Positions 25,400-39,534 of a stretch of 64,000 nt of DNA are shown one piece after another. Source of the stretch: Lytechinus pictus (lineage: Eukaryota); contig NC_087251.1 in assembly GCF_037042905.1 (NCBI RefSeq), forward strand, positions 62,001 to 126,000, in the 5' to 3' direction. The notes under the pieces were generated by a model. That model saw only the letters and a program-made list of their open reading frames with translations. It did no database searches and was not told where the DNA came from. A program made the position numbers and the translations under genes. The stretch's first letter is position 1; every line of letters starts with the position of its first letter.

Positions 25400-26491
25400 T
25401 ATATTTTATATAAAAACATAGGTTACTGTGAATATAGACCCAATACTGAAGTGAATTAATGTAACGCTCGAAATATTATTTCTCAAAATGGAAAATTAAG
25501 GACTAAATTGACAGTATGGTTATTCCGCCGGGTTTACTCCTTCAAAATTTTATGATGTGAGTTTGGTATGTTGATCCCCGATGGTATGAAACCCTGCAAG
25601 GCTTAGGAATCCTCGGTATGCAAGCAATGCGAGCACTGATTGTGATTAAACAAAGATATGTAAGTTAGCCTTGCTCTCCCTGTTGCGCGAGATAGTCGGT
25701 GAAAGGAAATTATTTTCCCCGTCTCCTTGGGAACGGAGTATGATCAGTTTCTGTCTAACAATTAATCCATGTTGCATAAATATGATTATGAAACAGATAA
25801 TCTGTATACTCATATACACATCTTGTATGATTATGCTTACGGTGTACGAGCCTCAGACACCGGCATAGATAGATAGTCATAATTATTGTGCTTGTTGCAG
25901 CATACTACCCTACCGTTTGTTACAAAAACAGTGATCAAACTGAACCATATATAATCAGATCTATCTTGGACAGTCAATATGAATTAAATTCAAATTCCTC
26001 GGGATTTCAAAATGATTTTGTAGATTCAAACTAAATAAAATTTAATTGGCCCTAATTCCAGTCCACTGTTAAATCCCTGCAATTTTACAGTGCAAGTATC
26101 CACATTCAACACATTATTTATCGCAAAACAAGGAGGGATTGATTATTGAAATTTCAAACTCTCATTTGCCTTTAGTCAAACTAGTAAAAGTTTTTCTTGC
26201 AGATTACACAGTCTGGTATATATCACAAAGAGTGGTATATATTTTGTGAGGAGTTACATGGAATTGAAAAGTTTAACAAAGGAAGGGATTTTTTTATTTA
26301 AAGTACAAAAAATGGCTAGTTATGAGGAATGAGACATTGCTTCGCTAATTTGGTTTAATACAGCCCCTGTAATTTCATAATACTCTTTCATGAAAAATAG
26401 CGTATTTTCAAAATGATGACCAAACTGTTCCTGTTTGTTACTATTTAATCATGTCTATACATCTTGTATCATACATAGTAATTCATGCCCG

Positions 26492-26530
26492 TTCTTCTTC
26501 TTTTTCTTGTTCTTCTTCTTCTAATTCATA

Positions 26531-26573
<43 letters not shown>

Positions 26574-26865
26574 TATTATTCTCCTACTTGCTCGCCTCTC
26601 TAGCCCTTTGTCTTCTCCTCTCTTCTATTTATTTCCCTTCTCTTAGCCCTTTCTTTTGGTATTTGTTATTTAGTTACAGGCGTCTCCCGACACAAGCACC
26701 TGCTGCTTTCTGGGGTTTTTAGACCTTCTTCTATGTACATAAATAACATATTGCATTTACAGTCATTGTTATATTACTACATTATTGATTTGTTTATTGT
26801 ATATGAATTTGGATGTAGCCTGTGTGATGTCAATCTGAAAAAATAAAAGTTTACTTGAACTGAGT
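26492..26865 (+). repeat. (CTT)n/(TTA)n microsatellite followed by a probable LINE 3'-UTR remnant
   Basis: Simple repeats at 26492-26581, an ACAAGC..GCTTT hairpin at ~26690 like the one at 42560, then AATAAA. Confidence 0.5.
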
Positions 26866-29800
26866 TTTATACATTTTACTTCATTTATAAGGCAACTTTA
26901 GAATTTACGGTGATTCTACCCTCCCCCTCTACCCCACCTTTCCCGTTTTCCCCCGGCTTCGTCACAGACTACTTCAGTTTCGGACGAACGAAATTATATT
27001 AATGAACCTTCGGAATAACGCCATAAATGTTCGGATTAGCATCGAGGTGTAGGCAATTTACGTGTTTCGGAATATCGAACCTTCGGAATAGCGAGTTGTA
27101 ACCGACGTAATCATGGTAATGTAAGTAATAATGAGGTTTAATACTTTCATCCTATACTCATGATACTAGTACGCATTCCGTTTACACGCTATCGTCATGA
27201 TAAACTGCAAACATGAACCGACGAGGAATCTGAAGACTTAGCCTGCGTTTTTCCGGTTTTTTTTTCTCGTAGTCCCAAACCGTCCATTCTAAGTTTAGTA
27301 CAGAAAAATAATACTAATGTTAACCCACTTCCCAGGTTAATCAACCCACTTCCCAGGTTAATCAGAACATGAATATGCAATATTTTGGGGTAGAATATAC
27401 TAGGTAAAACAATTGTGTTTTTTTACATAAGATAATAACATTGGAAGTTATTTTACCCAACAAACATTCCATCTATATCCTATATTGTGTAAACCTCCGA
27501 ATGTATTAAATTTTTTAATATTCGCTTTTATTTTCGAATTGCATCTCCTTCCTTTTTTCAGTTATGTAGTCCCATAATTTATTGTCAATACATCGTGATG
27601 ATATGTTCTTTGAAATCAAGTCATATTCACGTGGTCTACTTTACCATGTTTACCTTAATTTTTCTATACCCTACATACTGTAAAATGTATTTTCATTTCA
27701 CATTATTGTCTTTTCCATTTCCTATATTACCTAATCTACGCTTTATATATAGCACACACACAGATACATTCCAATTCCTTACTTACTCACTATCACAATA
27801 AAACACACACACACACTCCTTTCAACAGCCAACTATACACGTACGCAAACTTTTATATCTAACATGTTTAAAGGCACGCCAGAATCTATACAAATAAAGG
27901 GGAACACGTAATATCTAGATTCGTTGAATGAGATGGTTAGCAGGTACCTTACAAAATCATAATAAAGCTGCTACACCAATACCTTGTGAAGAAGGTATCC
28001 TGGCGGTTTATTTATTGAAATTAAAATCCAGTGGATGTTTAATGATATTTGAACCAAAAAAAGAGACGATAAGGGGTTCTTTGAGCCTTTGGATATAAAA
28101 AATAATTTCCACAATTTGTTTCATAATATCATGCCATATATATGTCCAGGAAATTGACAGAAGAAAATAGTGCATAAAATTCATTTTCGTAACATGTTTT
28201 TTTTTTCATTCGTATAGAGCCAATTGCTAGTATTAAAAATGTCACAAGATATACCTTTTTATTTAATAATTTTAGTAATTCACAACTTCTTTACTTCCTA
28301 ATTTGTTCGTTTGTTCATCTATTCTCTTCTCTAATTTGTTCGACTTTAGAACGTGATAAAAATGGCCAAATATTTAGATTTTGAAGCATGAAGTTATTGA
28401 TAGTAGTACCAAAAGGGACAATGCGTGTTTCATGCATCATACAACCAGTTTGTGTTATAGGCGAAGAATCATGGCGGCAATATGGCGTATTATAAGCGGA
28501 GGAAGTGGGGTTATCATAACAGCGCACAGCACGGCTATTATAAATACGCATTGCCCTGATATCTTCTCCCTAACTCATTCGGAATACCCCCTTCAGGCTG
28601 AAAAGATAATATCTTGATCAGTTGATGTGGCTGTCGAATAAATCAACCAGTTCCTCAAGATTGCAATCCCTTCATATTAACACAGATTGATTCGCCCGCT
28701 CGCTCTATCCTCCCTTCGGCCATGTTCGCTCTAATTGTCTTTCATCATCTTCTAATGGCCTAGAAACACGCACAATGTACTACTTTGCCTTATTCTCACT
28801 TGTATGACCTAAGAATGAGCAATGGCTTTGCAATATAGCCATAATAATCAAGCGCATACACTCTTACATATATTCTTATTCACGAATTAATTTGTAGATA
28901 CAATCATTAAATGATTATAAAAGACGTAAACAATGTCGTAAAAACATGATGTTTTCTCGTCAAGAATGCTATAATTATTAAAAGTTCAAATATTCTTACT
29001 TTTGAATGTTTCTCTATTTCTAGTGAATTATGAAAAAGTCTTTTAAACAATCTGGGCATACCCAACCCGTCAAATATGCAGCTTTGGCTTTTTTGGTGTA
29101 AAACTATGGGTTAACGTTGATGGAAGCACTAAATAATTCAAAAGACATTTCTCCTCGCAAATCGTCCAAAAATATTTGACTATGTGAGCCGGAAAACAAG
29201 AAAATAATGTGACTTTTCTACAGTAATTCAAACGCATGTAATCTTACAGCTGCATCCACATAAGATGACGCCAGAGAATCCTTGTCGGTGAATGGCAAAA
29301 TATCTACCCATTTTCGATGTTTGCGAGACGGGACGTATTTTCAAGAAATACTCAGCTGACGAGCTGCATAAATGCATGAAACTAGCTTTGTTGTATTTTG
29401 TAGCTTATCAACTTTCAATTGTGTATATTTTGTCAGTTCAATGTTTCGCTTCCAATACGGAGTTTAGTATTGTAAGAAGCTAGCGATAACTATATTTAGA
29501 AGAAATGCATAAGACAGGGTGAGTATCTCATTCCATCGACATTATTGAAGAAATTATAGTTTTAAATTTTTTCTAAGATTTTGAGGTTCGGTTTAGAGCA
29601 CTTTAAAGAGAAACCCTTGATGGAGCTTAATAATGTTATCTAGGAATATTTCACCACTGATCTCTGTAGATTCCCTAGGTCAAATTTGAATCTGGTGGAT
29701 TCATGGTAAGCGTCGATCACTCAGCTTTGGACGGGTTTGTTTATCAAGCAATGATTTAAAGCTTCATAAAACACATCGTCTGTCGTCTTACTCTGGTCTG

Positions 29801-30391
29801 GCGCCATGATCAGTGACGATACCATACTAGACGGTGAATGCAGCTAATGTAAACCATACCATGGCTCTGCATTAAACATTTTTAAGGAATACTATATAGC
29901 ATTCATCCACACCAATAGTTGGTGCTTCTTTCCCCTATAAGTGCTAAAAAATAATCTGGGAATTATGTAAAGCAATTATAGTTTGCAGATATTCCATGGC
30001 ATTTGTTCTGAAATGGTAATGGGAAAATATATTTTATCGAAAGAGTTCTAATAATAAGTACCGAAATCTGTTCATCATTATGCCTATTTAGTTTGCCGCA
30101 TTGATAATGAATAGTTTAAGAAATAAATAAATTATCATGATTTAAACTGAGAAAAACCTTTACTTATTTATTTTTGGTAAAGGATCACATACCCCTTGCT
30201 TGGTAGTCGCTATTGTCAAAACATCTTGGATATTCTCATTAAGAGGATTTAGATGCACATAACCATCATTCGGCGGATTTCATTCGATCAAAGAAAGAAT
30301 CGCTCTGAATGTCCATCCATATTATAATAGGTCCATGGTGTTACAAGCATGATTCTATGCAAATAATAGTTTATCCTTGAGAGTGAACAAA

Positions 30392-33300
30392 TAGTCAGTT
30401 TTGCTTTGTAATTTCGCCGGATTTTTTTGGAGAAATTGAAAATTATACATTTTTGGAAAGGTTATTGTATGAGGATTCAGAATAACAATGATTCCATTTG
30501 CACCGTGACCTATATGGCCGCCATCTTGGATTTTTCATGATGGCCGCCAAAAATAGGATTTTCGACAATATCTCGGCTTCTGAGTAACCTAGAATCATGA
30601 TTTTGACACCGAAACCACCTTTCATGAGGTCAAGGAATCGACTGGTATCAAAATCAACAGCTGTATTCAAGAAATTTATCATTTTTATGTCTTTTTCTAC
30701 GTATTTCCAGACAATAATTCACATTATAGTCCAAATTGAGGTATTCCAAATTAAGCGACCTGAACATACCTTGCAGTAAGGGAAATGATAAACCAGTGCG
30801 TCATACATGCTTTTAATAATCATTTAGCATGTGTTTCAGGTCACATGATCAGGTCACTGGTCACTTAGGGTCGATGAACTTTGGCCTTGCCGGCCGGGGT
30901 ATAAACTTGAAATCTTAATCAATGTTAAGTGTCAAAAAATCACCATAACCTATAGAGGATTTAGGTAATAAAGTACCAATGATCATCTTGTATGAGTTTC
31001 AGGTCACATGATCAAGGTCAAATGTCCTTTGGGGTTAATGCAATTTGACCATGTTGTAGTTTCACTAACCAAGACAAAACTTAACCAAAGTTAAGACTTA
31101 ACTTTCATACATTTACTCATCGAGTAGGCCTATCAGCAAATCGATGAACGACTTCCGGGTTACTAGGCGAAGTTCAAAGCTCAATCGATGGTCAAATCAG
31201 TTTAAGTGTAAAAAAAAGGTTATGACTTTATATTTCAGACATATTTTGAAAGTATAAGGACAAAATGCATAGACCTATAACGTTTAAAAGATTTCAGAAA
31301 TTAGATGAGTATAATTTCAGGTTATTGGTACAAGGTCAAAGGTCATTTCAGATCAATTGACTTGGATAAGAATTCATATTTTGTTAATTACCTGCAAAAA
31401 TACTTAATAGCAATAAATGAAACTTGTATGAGATCGGTATTGGATATCACAAATTATATGAAATGAAAAAGCATGTTTTTAAGTCAAGGTCAAAGGTCAT
31501 TTGGAATCAATAAACTTTATTATCAAATCAATGGGGGGTTTTCTTTTCATAAAAAGATTATTCGTTTTACAAGTGCGGTAGCTTTCAAAGTCAGTACTGC
31601 TGCTATATGTATATTGGTTTGTGTACTGCAGGCGATCTGTCAGAATTCAACTTAGAATACTTTGACAACAATCTGCTGACCCCACATACCAATGATCTTC
31701 TCTACGTGCCCTTAGTGACCTGAAATTCCATACGATTTGGTGATACTCGAGAACTACATTGTATTATATGTAATATTATTTAAATATTATGTCCTTATAC
31801 TTTCAGAGTTGTGATGACATTTCAAAACATAATCCTTACTCAAGATTGAAATTTTGATAGCACAACATGATATGGGTAATGGAGAATCACTGATCATCTT
31901 AGGCTGCGTTTATTCGACCTCAAGCCAGAATCATGATTTGAATCATGATTCGAATCATGATTCAAAACACAAACATGAATCACGATATCACAGAATCAGC
32001 GTTTAGACGACCTTCATTCCAATGCTGTTTCTCCTCAGATTCGGGCCAATCCAGTGCGCATCACTAGTGCGCAGTTTGACAGAGGAAGTTTTACGCACGT
32101 GCTTCGGCTCTCGAAAAATATTTTGCTTCCAGAATTCAGTCTATACCTAATTTTATTTACTTCTATCATATAGGGTCCATGTGCTTCTATTCATCTTGTT
32201 AATTTATCAAAAATGGTGTTCGGAAGTGAATTTCAGCGTAGATCCAATTTAATATTGACACTCTATACTCAACAACAACTGAGATCATTGTCTGTCCAGT
32301 TAATTCATTTACTAGAACTTGAAGTTGAAGACATGACCAAAAAATGAAAAGTAGTGGACGATGCGATGACCAACACAGAACTTGGACATGACAAGAAATG
32401 CATGCAGAGTAATCATGTACATACAATGAGCTGAGCTTGGCAAGAGTCAAACCGAAAGTAGCCCGACACAGTGAGGTCATATAATCATGATTCAAATCAC
32501 GATATCGTTTATTCGAACATTTTCGTACGTGATTCTGCAGAAACGTCTTTCCAAACGCCCCTTTTTTCGTGTTTCATGTTTGTGATTCTAATCATGATTA
32601 TATTCAATTTCGACTAAACGCAATCGTGATTCTGCAGAATCATGATTTGAATCATGATTCAGATCATGATTCTAGGGTGAAAAAGTGGCGGATAAACGCA
32701 CCCTTAGTTTCAGGCTGTCACATGATCAAGGCCAAATATAATTTAATGTTCTAAATTGTAGTGTCAACTTCGACCATGTTCGTGGTATTAACATTAACAT
32801 CTTATCCAAGGTGAGGTTTTAAAGTGTCATCAAAATTTCGAATGTGGAGGGACATATCTCATGAAAAAAAGTTTTCAAGTAAATTTATGAATGAAATTTC
32901 AGGTAGGAACTCAAAGGTTGCTTGGGGTGAACTATTTTCAACTGAAATAAAGTGGAATGCCTCAGGCAGCATCACCTGCACTAAAAAAAATCAATATAGA
33001 AGCAGTGCTGACCTCAAAATAAATGCATTTCATGTAAGATTAATGATTTTTCAAAAAGAGAAAAATAGCATTCATCTTAAATCCAAAGTTCATTGATCTC
33101 AAATGACCTTTTACCTCGACCTAAAAACTTCCTTTCCGTTTCATATCATTTGTTATATATAAAAAAAAATTATAAAAGTTTAATTGACTGCAATATTTAC
33201 TTCAAGTATTTCAAGATTATAAGCAAAATATCCATTCTCATCCAAATTAATACTTCTGTAATGACCTTGGACCAGTAACCTTTAAATCATAGTAATCTAA

Positions 33301-34173
33301 TTCCTGATACCTGTTAATCATTATATCCATATCTAACTTAATACTGGTTGATAATTTCTTTTATCAAAAATCTTACCTAATCTCTTTTTAATTTTCTTAA
33401 TTTTGACCCCTAAATGACCACTTACCTTCAAATGGAGAAATAAAATTCATGTATCAATTTTTCTGAATCTTGATGGCCATTATATGAATTTTTTAAAGAA
33501 TAGTGGCTTGTTAAATTATGCCTAGCTTGAAAAATCAAATCTTAACATTGGTTAAATTCTGAGAAGTGAAACCACAACATGGTCAAAGTGCAAAACTCTA
33601 AATGACCTTTGACCTTGATCATGTGACTTGAAACTCATGCAAAATGGTATGTGATACTCTGAGCTATGATGATCTTTCAAAACTTTAGCTTGTTTAATAT
33701 TTCAAGATACCCCAACATGATCAAAGTTCAGTGACCCTATATGACCTTTGACCTTTATCACGTAACCTGAAACACATGCTAAATGATTAGTAAAAGCATG
33801 TATGATGCACTGGTTTATCATTTCCCTTACTGCAAGGTATGTTAAGGTTGCTTAATTTGGAATACCTAAATTTGAACTTTAATGTGAATTATTGTCTTGA
33901 AATACGTAGAAAAGGGCATGAAAATTATTTCTTTCTTGAATAAAGATGTTGATTTTGATACCAGTCGATTCCTTGACCTCATAAAAGGTGGTTTCGGTGT
34001 CAAAATCATGATTCTAGGTTACTCAGAAGCCGAGATATTGTCGAAAACCCTATTTTTGGCGGCCATTCTGAAAAATCCAAGATGGCGGCCATATAGGTCA
34101 CGGTGCAAATAATTTTCAACTTCTCCAAAAAAATCCGGCGAAAGCTAAAAAATGAACATAGTGAACCTGACTA
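30392..34173. mobile_element. ~3.8-kb foldback element with TAGTCAG/CTGACTA ends
   Basis: 30412-30885 is the reverse complement of 33720-34143. Further inverted blocks pair 30990-31066 with 33564-33640 and 31480-31655 with 32945-33122. No TSD was seen. Confidence 0.85.
31902..32703. mobile_element. PIF/Harbinger-like MITE with TTA TSD
   Basis: TTA|GGCTGCGTTTATTCG ... CGGATAAACGCACCC|TTA, with subterminal palindromic GAATCATGATTC repeats at both ends. Confidence 0.85.
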
Positions 34174-34247
34174 TTACTTATTTGAAGCTCGTTTTCCTTA
34201 TACGTCTCTTGTATATAGGTAATTTTAATTAGTATTGGAACTTAGTT

Positions 34248-34410
34248 AAGGGACTTGCCTTTTTTACAAGCTCTACTTTTCTTGGCAAGTCCCTCTGCTG
34301 AGTAAATTTAAACTCAATATTTTTTTATGAAATGTATTTGAACATGTATTTGTTCTGTTACTCCGATTATATCATTTTGTTGAACGGAAATAAATGAATC
34401 TAAATCTAAA
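34248..34410 (+). mobile_element. CR1-group LINE 3'-UTR remnant
   Basis: Hairpin AGGGACTTGCC..ACAAGCT..GGCAAGTCCCT, then an AATAAATGAATCTAAATCTAAA tail. Confidence 0.5.
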
Positions 34411-35044
34411 TAGGTATCTCACTTAAAAAAAATTGATAACTAGAAAACTAAAAATATACTTCTCGTAATCATTAAAAAGGTAAGTATCTAAGTCAACAAT
34501 TTATGCGACATGATTGAAATAAAGCGTGAAATGACCTATTTTTATTTTATTTTAAGACCGGAAAAGCGGGTACTCTGAGCATTTTTGACATGATTGGAAA
34601 ATGAGACATTCTATTCACTTTTTCTAACAGTGGAAAGGAGGGGGATTTATCACATACATGACATAACAAATGAAATATATCGTTAGCGATCATGTTTTCA
34701 GACATTGCTTCACCCATAGATCACAAATACTTGCATTTTAGTGCTCACTTTAGTGAAAATAAATGTTATGTCAAAAATCATTTTTTTCAGAGAGTAATTC
34801 ACTCTGGCAGCACAACTGCATGTACTTTATAGCCAATGTGTGGGCAATTTTATGATTTTCATGGGTAATTTGTATATTTTGGCTGCCATATTTGATATTG
34901 CCAATTTGCAGAAAATGCTCTGCTCAAGGTTACACGAGTGGCATCATTCAGATTTGGAATCAGCACCCTCGAATTGACAAGAAACCATAACAAAAACATT
35001 GTATATCTAAGAAAACAAGGTTTGACCCCTTCTACCCTGGAATA

Positions 35045-35326
35045 CTTTCTGTGATTTAGGTATTAAATGAAAGAGCAGATATTAAACTTTTTAGGCATGT
35101 GATTTTATTTTTGGAATTCAGATGGCCCCCGCCAAATAAGTTTTCGGTATCCTTTCTTCAAATTGTTTTTCCTCACTCATAATTTAATGAGGAATAATCT
35201 AGGTAATTTCAGATGGAAGAGGAGATTCTAAGCTTTACATTGGTAGGTCATTTGTCTATTGTCTTTATGATTAAGTTATGATAAATCATCGCTAAATGTC
35301 GGGTTCGTTTTTTATTGGACGCGCTG
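35045..35326. mobile_element. Right arm of the Tc1-like MITE family of 38039-38851
   Basis: Collinear with 38580-38851; ends GGACGCGCTG|TA. Confidence 0.8.
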
Positions 35327-35643
35327 TATATCTCTGGCCTAATATACATACCAGCACATCCAAATGTTTATTGTCAAGTGTCCACATAAATCGTATATAA
35401 TATCACAAGGCGTAACACGTGAGGTTCTTGTTGTCATCAAGATAATTGCTGAAAATGTAATTTTTCAGAAGTATCTTTTATCAGAATAAACAATAAGAAA
35501 AACGTTTTTTTTAGAACGTATCATGCAGGCCTTAAAATTTCACCTATATTGTGACCTGACGCTGCATGCAAAACGCATCCAAGTTATTCATCCATACACG
35601 AATAAAATAATAATACAATGTGGTTCAGTACGCACAACTATTA

Positions 35644-35805
35644 TACCTCGGTCACATTTGCTCTACGGCGGCCGTACGGCGAGTCGAAAACAGCCGTTTT
35701 AACATTTTTTGTACCAGCTACATATAGGTGATTTGAATAAAAATGAATAAAACGGCTGTTTTCGACTCGTCGTACGGCCGCCGTAGAGCAAATATGACCG
35801 AGGTA
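35644..35805. mobile_element. ~160-bp palindromic MITE (PIF/Harbinger-like), copy 2
   Basis: TTA|TACCTCGGTCAC ... TGACCGAGGTA|TTA. The spacer is inverted relative to copy 1. Confidence 0.9.
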
Positions 35806-38038
35806 TTAGTTGTGCTTGCAATAAATTGTCTGTTTCCAAAGTTAGTATCTAGAAAGAGTGCAGTACGCTTAAAAGGGCCTTATGGTATACCGGCAACTCT
35901 TACTCGTAATCTAAATAGAAAATGATGGCAGTAAAGGGTAAAATGCAGGGTTCCTTACCTAGTCTAGATCTGGACGTTAGTAGTTATTTATTTGAAGAAA
36001 TGTAATATAACAGCAGCGCTGACTTTGAAAAAAAAAACAAGAATAATAATTTTTTCACCAATATCAAATGACAATCTCAGATCAGTTTCATTTGATTTGA
36101 TACAGTATTTTGAAAATAATGAACAAAACATTCAATCCTATCGGGGTTAATTCTGAATTCAAGTAAAATATACTTTGACCTTGAACCAGCAATCTTTATA
36201 CGCATCAAACTAACGCTACCACCGGTACCAAGTTCTAACTTCTGCTATACAGAAATAAATTGAGGAAAAAAATAATGATAATAAAATAATAAAAATGTTA
36301 ATAATAATTATATCATTACCATTAATAATGATTCTCAATTTCTTATCCTCTGCAACAAGTTCAGAATATCCAATAGGCATCATTCCATGAACAATGTATA
36401 CCTTTTATACCCTTGTGTACCCTTGGTTTTATACCCTTGCTTGTGTAAAACATTTGCAGTGTACTGCCGTCACATGAACCATTCAGCCACTAATACAGTA
36501 AATCAACTTTTACAAGGAATTCATTACAATTCTGACTTATCTGCATGACTGTTTGGCATAACATTTGGCTTGAAATTTACTGACAAGGCACAATCAAGCC
36601 TCATCTACCAGGGTACTCCTTTCAATTCCTGTGTTTAAATATCAGAAAACTGTTACCTTTTGAAAATTTCCAACATTTTTTTAAAAGTGCCGGAAATTAC
36701 CACAAAATTCCCCGGAAATTTGCAACCCTGTAGTCATCCCACACAGTATTAACACCCTGTCTTTTCCTTTTTATTCCCTTCAGTAAAAGGAAGTGAAATG
36801 ACCGGTTCTAGAACAACTACCCCCTGGACAATCACCCCCCGGACAACTACCCCCGGACAATTACCCCCCGAGGACAATTACCCCCTGGACAATTACCCGC
36901 CGAGGACAACTACCCCCGGACAACTACCCCCCGGACAACTACCCCCCGGACAACTACCCCCGGAAAATTACCCCCCGAGGACAATTACCCCCCGGACAAT
37001 AACCCCCCGGACAACCTCCCCCGGACAACTACCCCCCGGACAATTACCCCCTGGACAATTACCCCCCGGACAACTACCCCCCGCACAATTACCCTCCCGG
37101 ACAACTACCCCCCGGACAATTACCCCCCGGACAATTACCCCCCGCACAATTACTCCCTGGACAATTACCCCCGAGGACAATCATTTTATTCTCGAGTATC
37201 TTGCAATCAAACGATCACCGCTGTAAGAAGCCGTAAATAGTCAGCTTCATCTGCAAATCTTTACGAAATCCAAACTCGTACGAACGCATCATTCGTACGA
37301 TCATTATTTGTGGGCCGCCGGAAGATGTGATTGAAGCTTTTACATTCCAATGTAAATATCGCGCAGCTCAATAACCGCTACTTCCCGTGCGTTCAGGCGT
37401 GCTAAAATAGAGGGGGCGTGGAGCATATTTGAGTAGTTCTAGAGCTATAATCAGTTATCTTATCGTGTGTGCATGATGTGGTATGTAGGTTTCAAATACG
37501 ATTAGTCAAGGTGACCGTGATACATTGGCGGATCAAGGGGGGGCCGTGGCCCCCCCCCCCCCCCTTATTGGCGGAGCCACAAAATGAAAAAAAAGGGAAA
37601 GAAAGAGCAAAAAAATAAAAAAGGAAGGGGAAAGAACGGAGGAAAAAAGAAGAAGAAAATAGGAGGGAGACGAGTGAATAAAATAAGGTCAGGGGAATAG
37701 CCTGTTCGATGAGATACATAGCTTGCTTAATATGCTGATATGTAGCTTGAAATAAGTATTGAAGTCAATATACAAAACATATTTCATCTCGGAAATCGAA
37801 CTTTCATTATTTTGTGTGATTTACAAATTCATTTTTTTTAATTGCTCTGTAAAAATGTCAGTTTTATGGTCTGAATATTAAAATTTTGTGCTCTCGCTGA
37901 GCGCTCGCAAATTTTGATTTATCAGGTACCTTTTATTTCCTCGTATTCCATAACATTTTCAAAATATCCCTTTTCAGGTCTGATTGTAAAAACGTATCAG
38001 CTAGCGCTGCACACTCGCATTTTGATTGGCGAGTTATA

Positions 38039-38851
38039 CAGTGCGTCCCTCAAAAAACGAAACCGAGATTTAGCGATGATTTATCATAACTTAATCATAA
38101 ATACAATAGACAAATCACCTATCAATGTAAAGCTTAGAATCTCCTATTTCATCTGATATTTCTTAGATTATTCCTCATTCACGCATGAGTGAGCAAAAAC
38201 AATTTGAAGAAAGGTTACCAAAAACTCATTTGGCGGGGGGTATCTGAATTTCAAAAAGAAAATCACATGCCTAAAAAGTTCAATATCTGCCCTTTTATTT
38301 GATACCTTAATCACAAAAAACGGTCAAGAAGTAAGAAAGTTATGGTCCCTCGAAACAATGCTTGTATTTCCATAATTTCATTAAATAAACGTGTTTTCAC
38401 CGGTTTCCCACAGAAGCTATCGCATGGTTAACAAAAGACATGGCTGATCGTCAACAAAACGGAGTGTCGAGTGAGTTTGAACGCTAGCCTGTAAAACCTC
38501 TTCATTTTATGAAATTAATGAAATGCAAGCCTTATTTCAAATAACCAGTACTTTGTTATTTCTTGACCATTTTCTAAAATTGAGGTATCAAATTTAAGAG
38601 CAGATATTGAACTTTTTAAAAATGTGATTTTCTTTTTAAAACCCAGATACAGCCCGCCAAATGAATCTTTGGTATCCCCTCTTCAAATTGTTTTTGCTCA
38701 CTCATGCGTGAATGAGAAATAATCTTAGTGATTTCAGATGAAAGAGGAGATTCTAAGCTTTACAATGGTAGGTCATTTGTCTATTGTATTTGTGATTAAG
38801 TTATGATAAATCATCGATAAATCTCGGTTTCGTTTTTTGTGGGACGCACTG
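38039..38851. mobile_element. Complete Tc1/mariner-like MITE with long TIRs
   Basis: TA|CAGTGCGTCCCTCAAAAAACGAAACCGAGATTT ... AAATCTCGGTTTCGTTTTTTGTGGGACGCACTG|TA. Confidence 0.92.
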
Positions 38852-39534
38852 TATAATGTCTCAATATTAATTATACAACAAACTATACTTAAAATCCCCT
38901 TTTCATGACGGTGCATAAAAAAATTAGGCTCGCAATTTGCGCTCGCTTTAATGGTTTAAATACATTAACTGATGCGTCCTATTTATAATTACAAAAGTGC
39001 TTGAAATGTCAAGTTTTCAGGCCATAATATCATCAGATTTCGCGCCCTCATTAGGCATAGATATTAATTTAAGAATTAAATTGCCCTTTTGTTTCATCTT
39101 GCGCTTAGCAAAAGGAATAGGAAGACAGTCATTGACATGTCCTAAGGATGTCCCGGTCCTATGTCAAAACTTTTTTTTTTCAGATCGGAATATCAAATAG
39201 TTTATGCTCGCTTTGCGCTCACTTTGATTTTCATGATCAAAGATTATTTAGAATGCCTAGATTCTAGGTCTAAATATGAAACACGCGCGCGTATATTTGT
39301 ACAGATACTCAACTTGTTCTCTTAATTTAAATCATCCAGTTTCAGACCACAATATCAAAAATTTTCTGCTCGCGCTTTGTGCTCGCATTATTAATGTACG
39401 AAGATCCCCTATTACTCATTCTTTTCATAATTTACAAAACGTTAATAGAGTGCCCCGTTTTTAGGTCTAAATCTCGATTTTTTTTCCGCTCGCGCTTCGC
39501 GCTCGCATCAAATTATCAATTGTTTAGTTATATA

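Noticed and set aside
27321..27364. 21-bp direct duplication (a similar ~30-bp one lies at 15381-15439)
   Set aside because: These look like ordinary slippage duplications with no further structure.
28315..29860. Mildly GC-richer unique-looking patches as candidate host exons
   Set aside because: The frames I examined contain stops and no recognisable motifs.
36798..37226. 142-aa PGQLP/PRTIT-repeat ORF (and its mirror at 40397-40612)
   Set aside because: It is a translation of the 15-bp arrays that form the arms of a DNA element.
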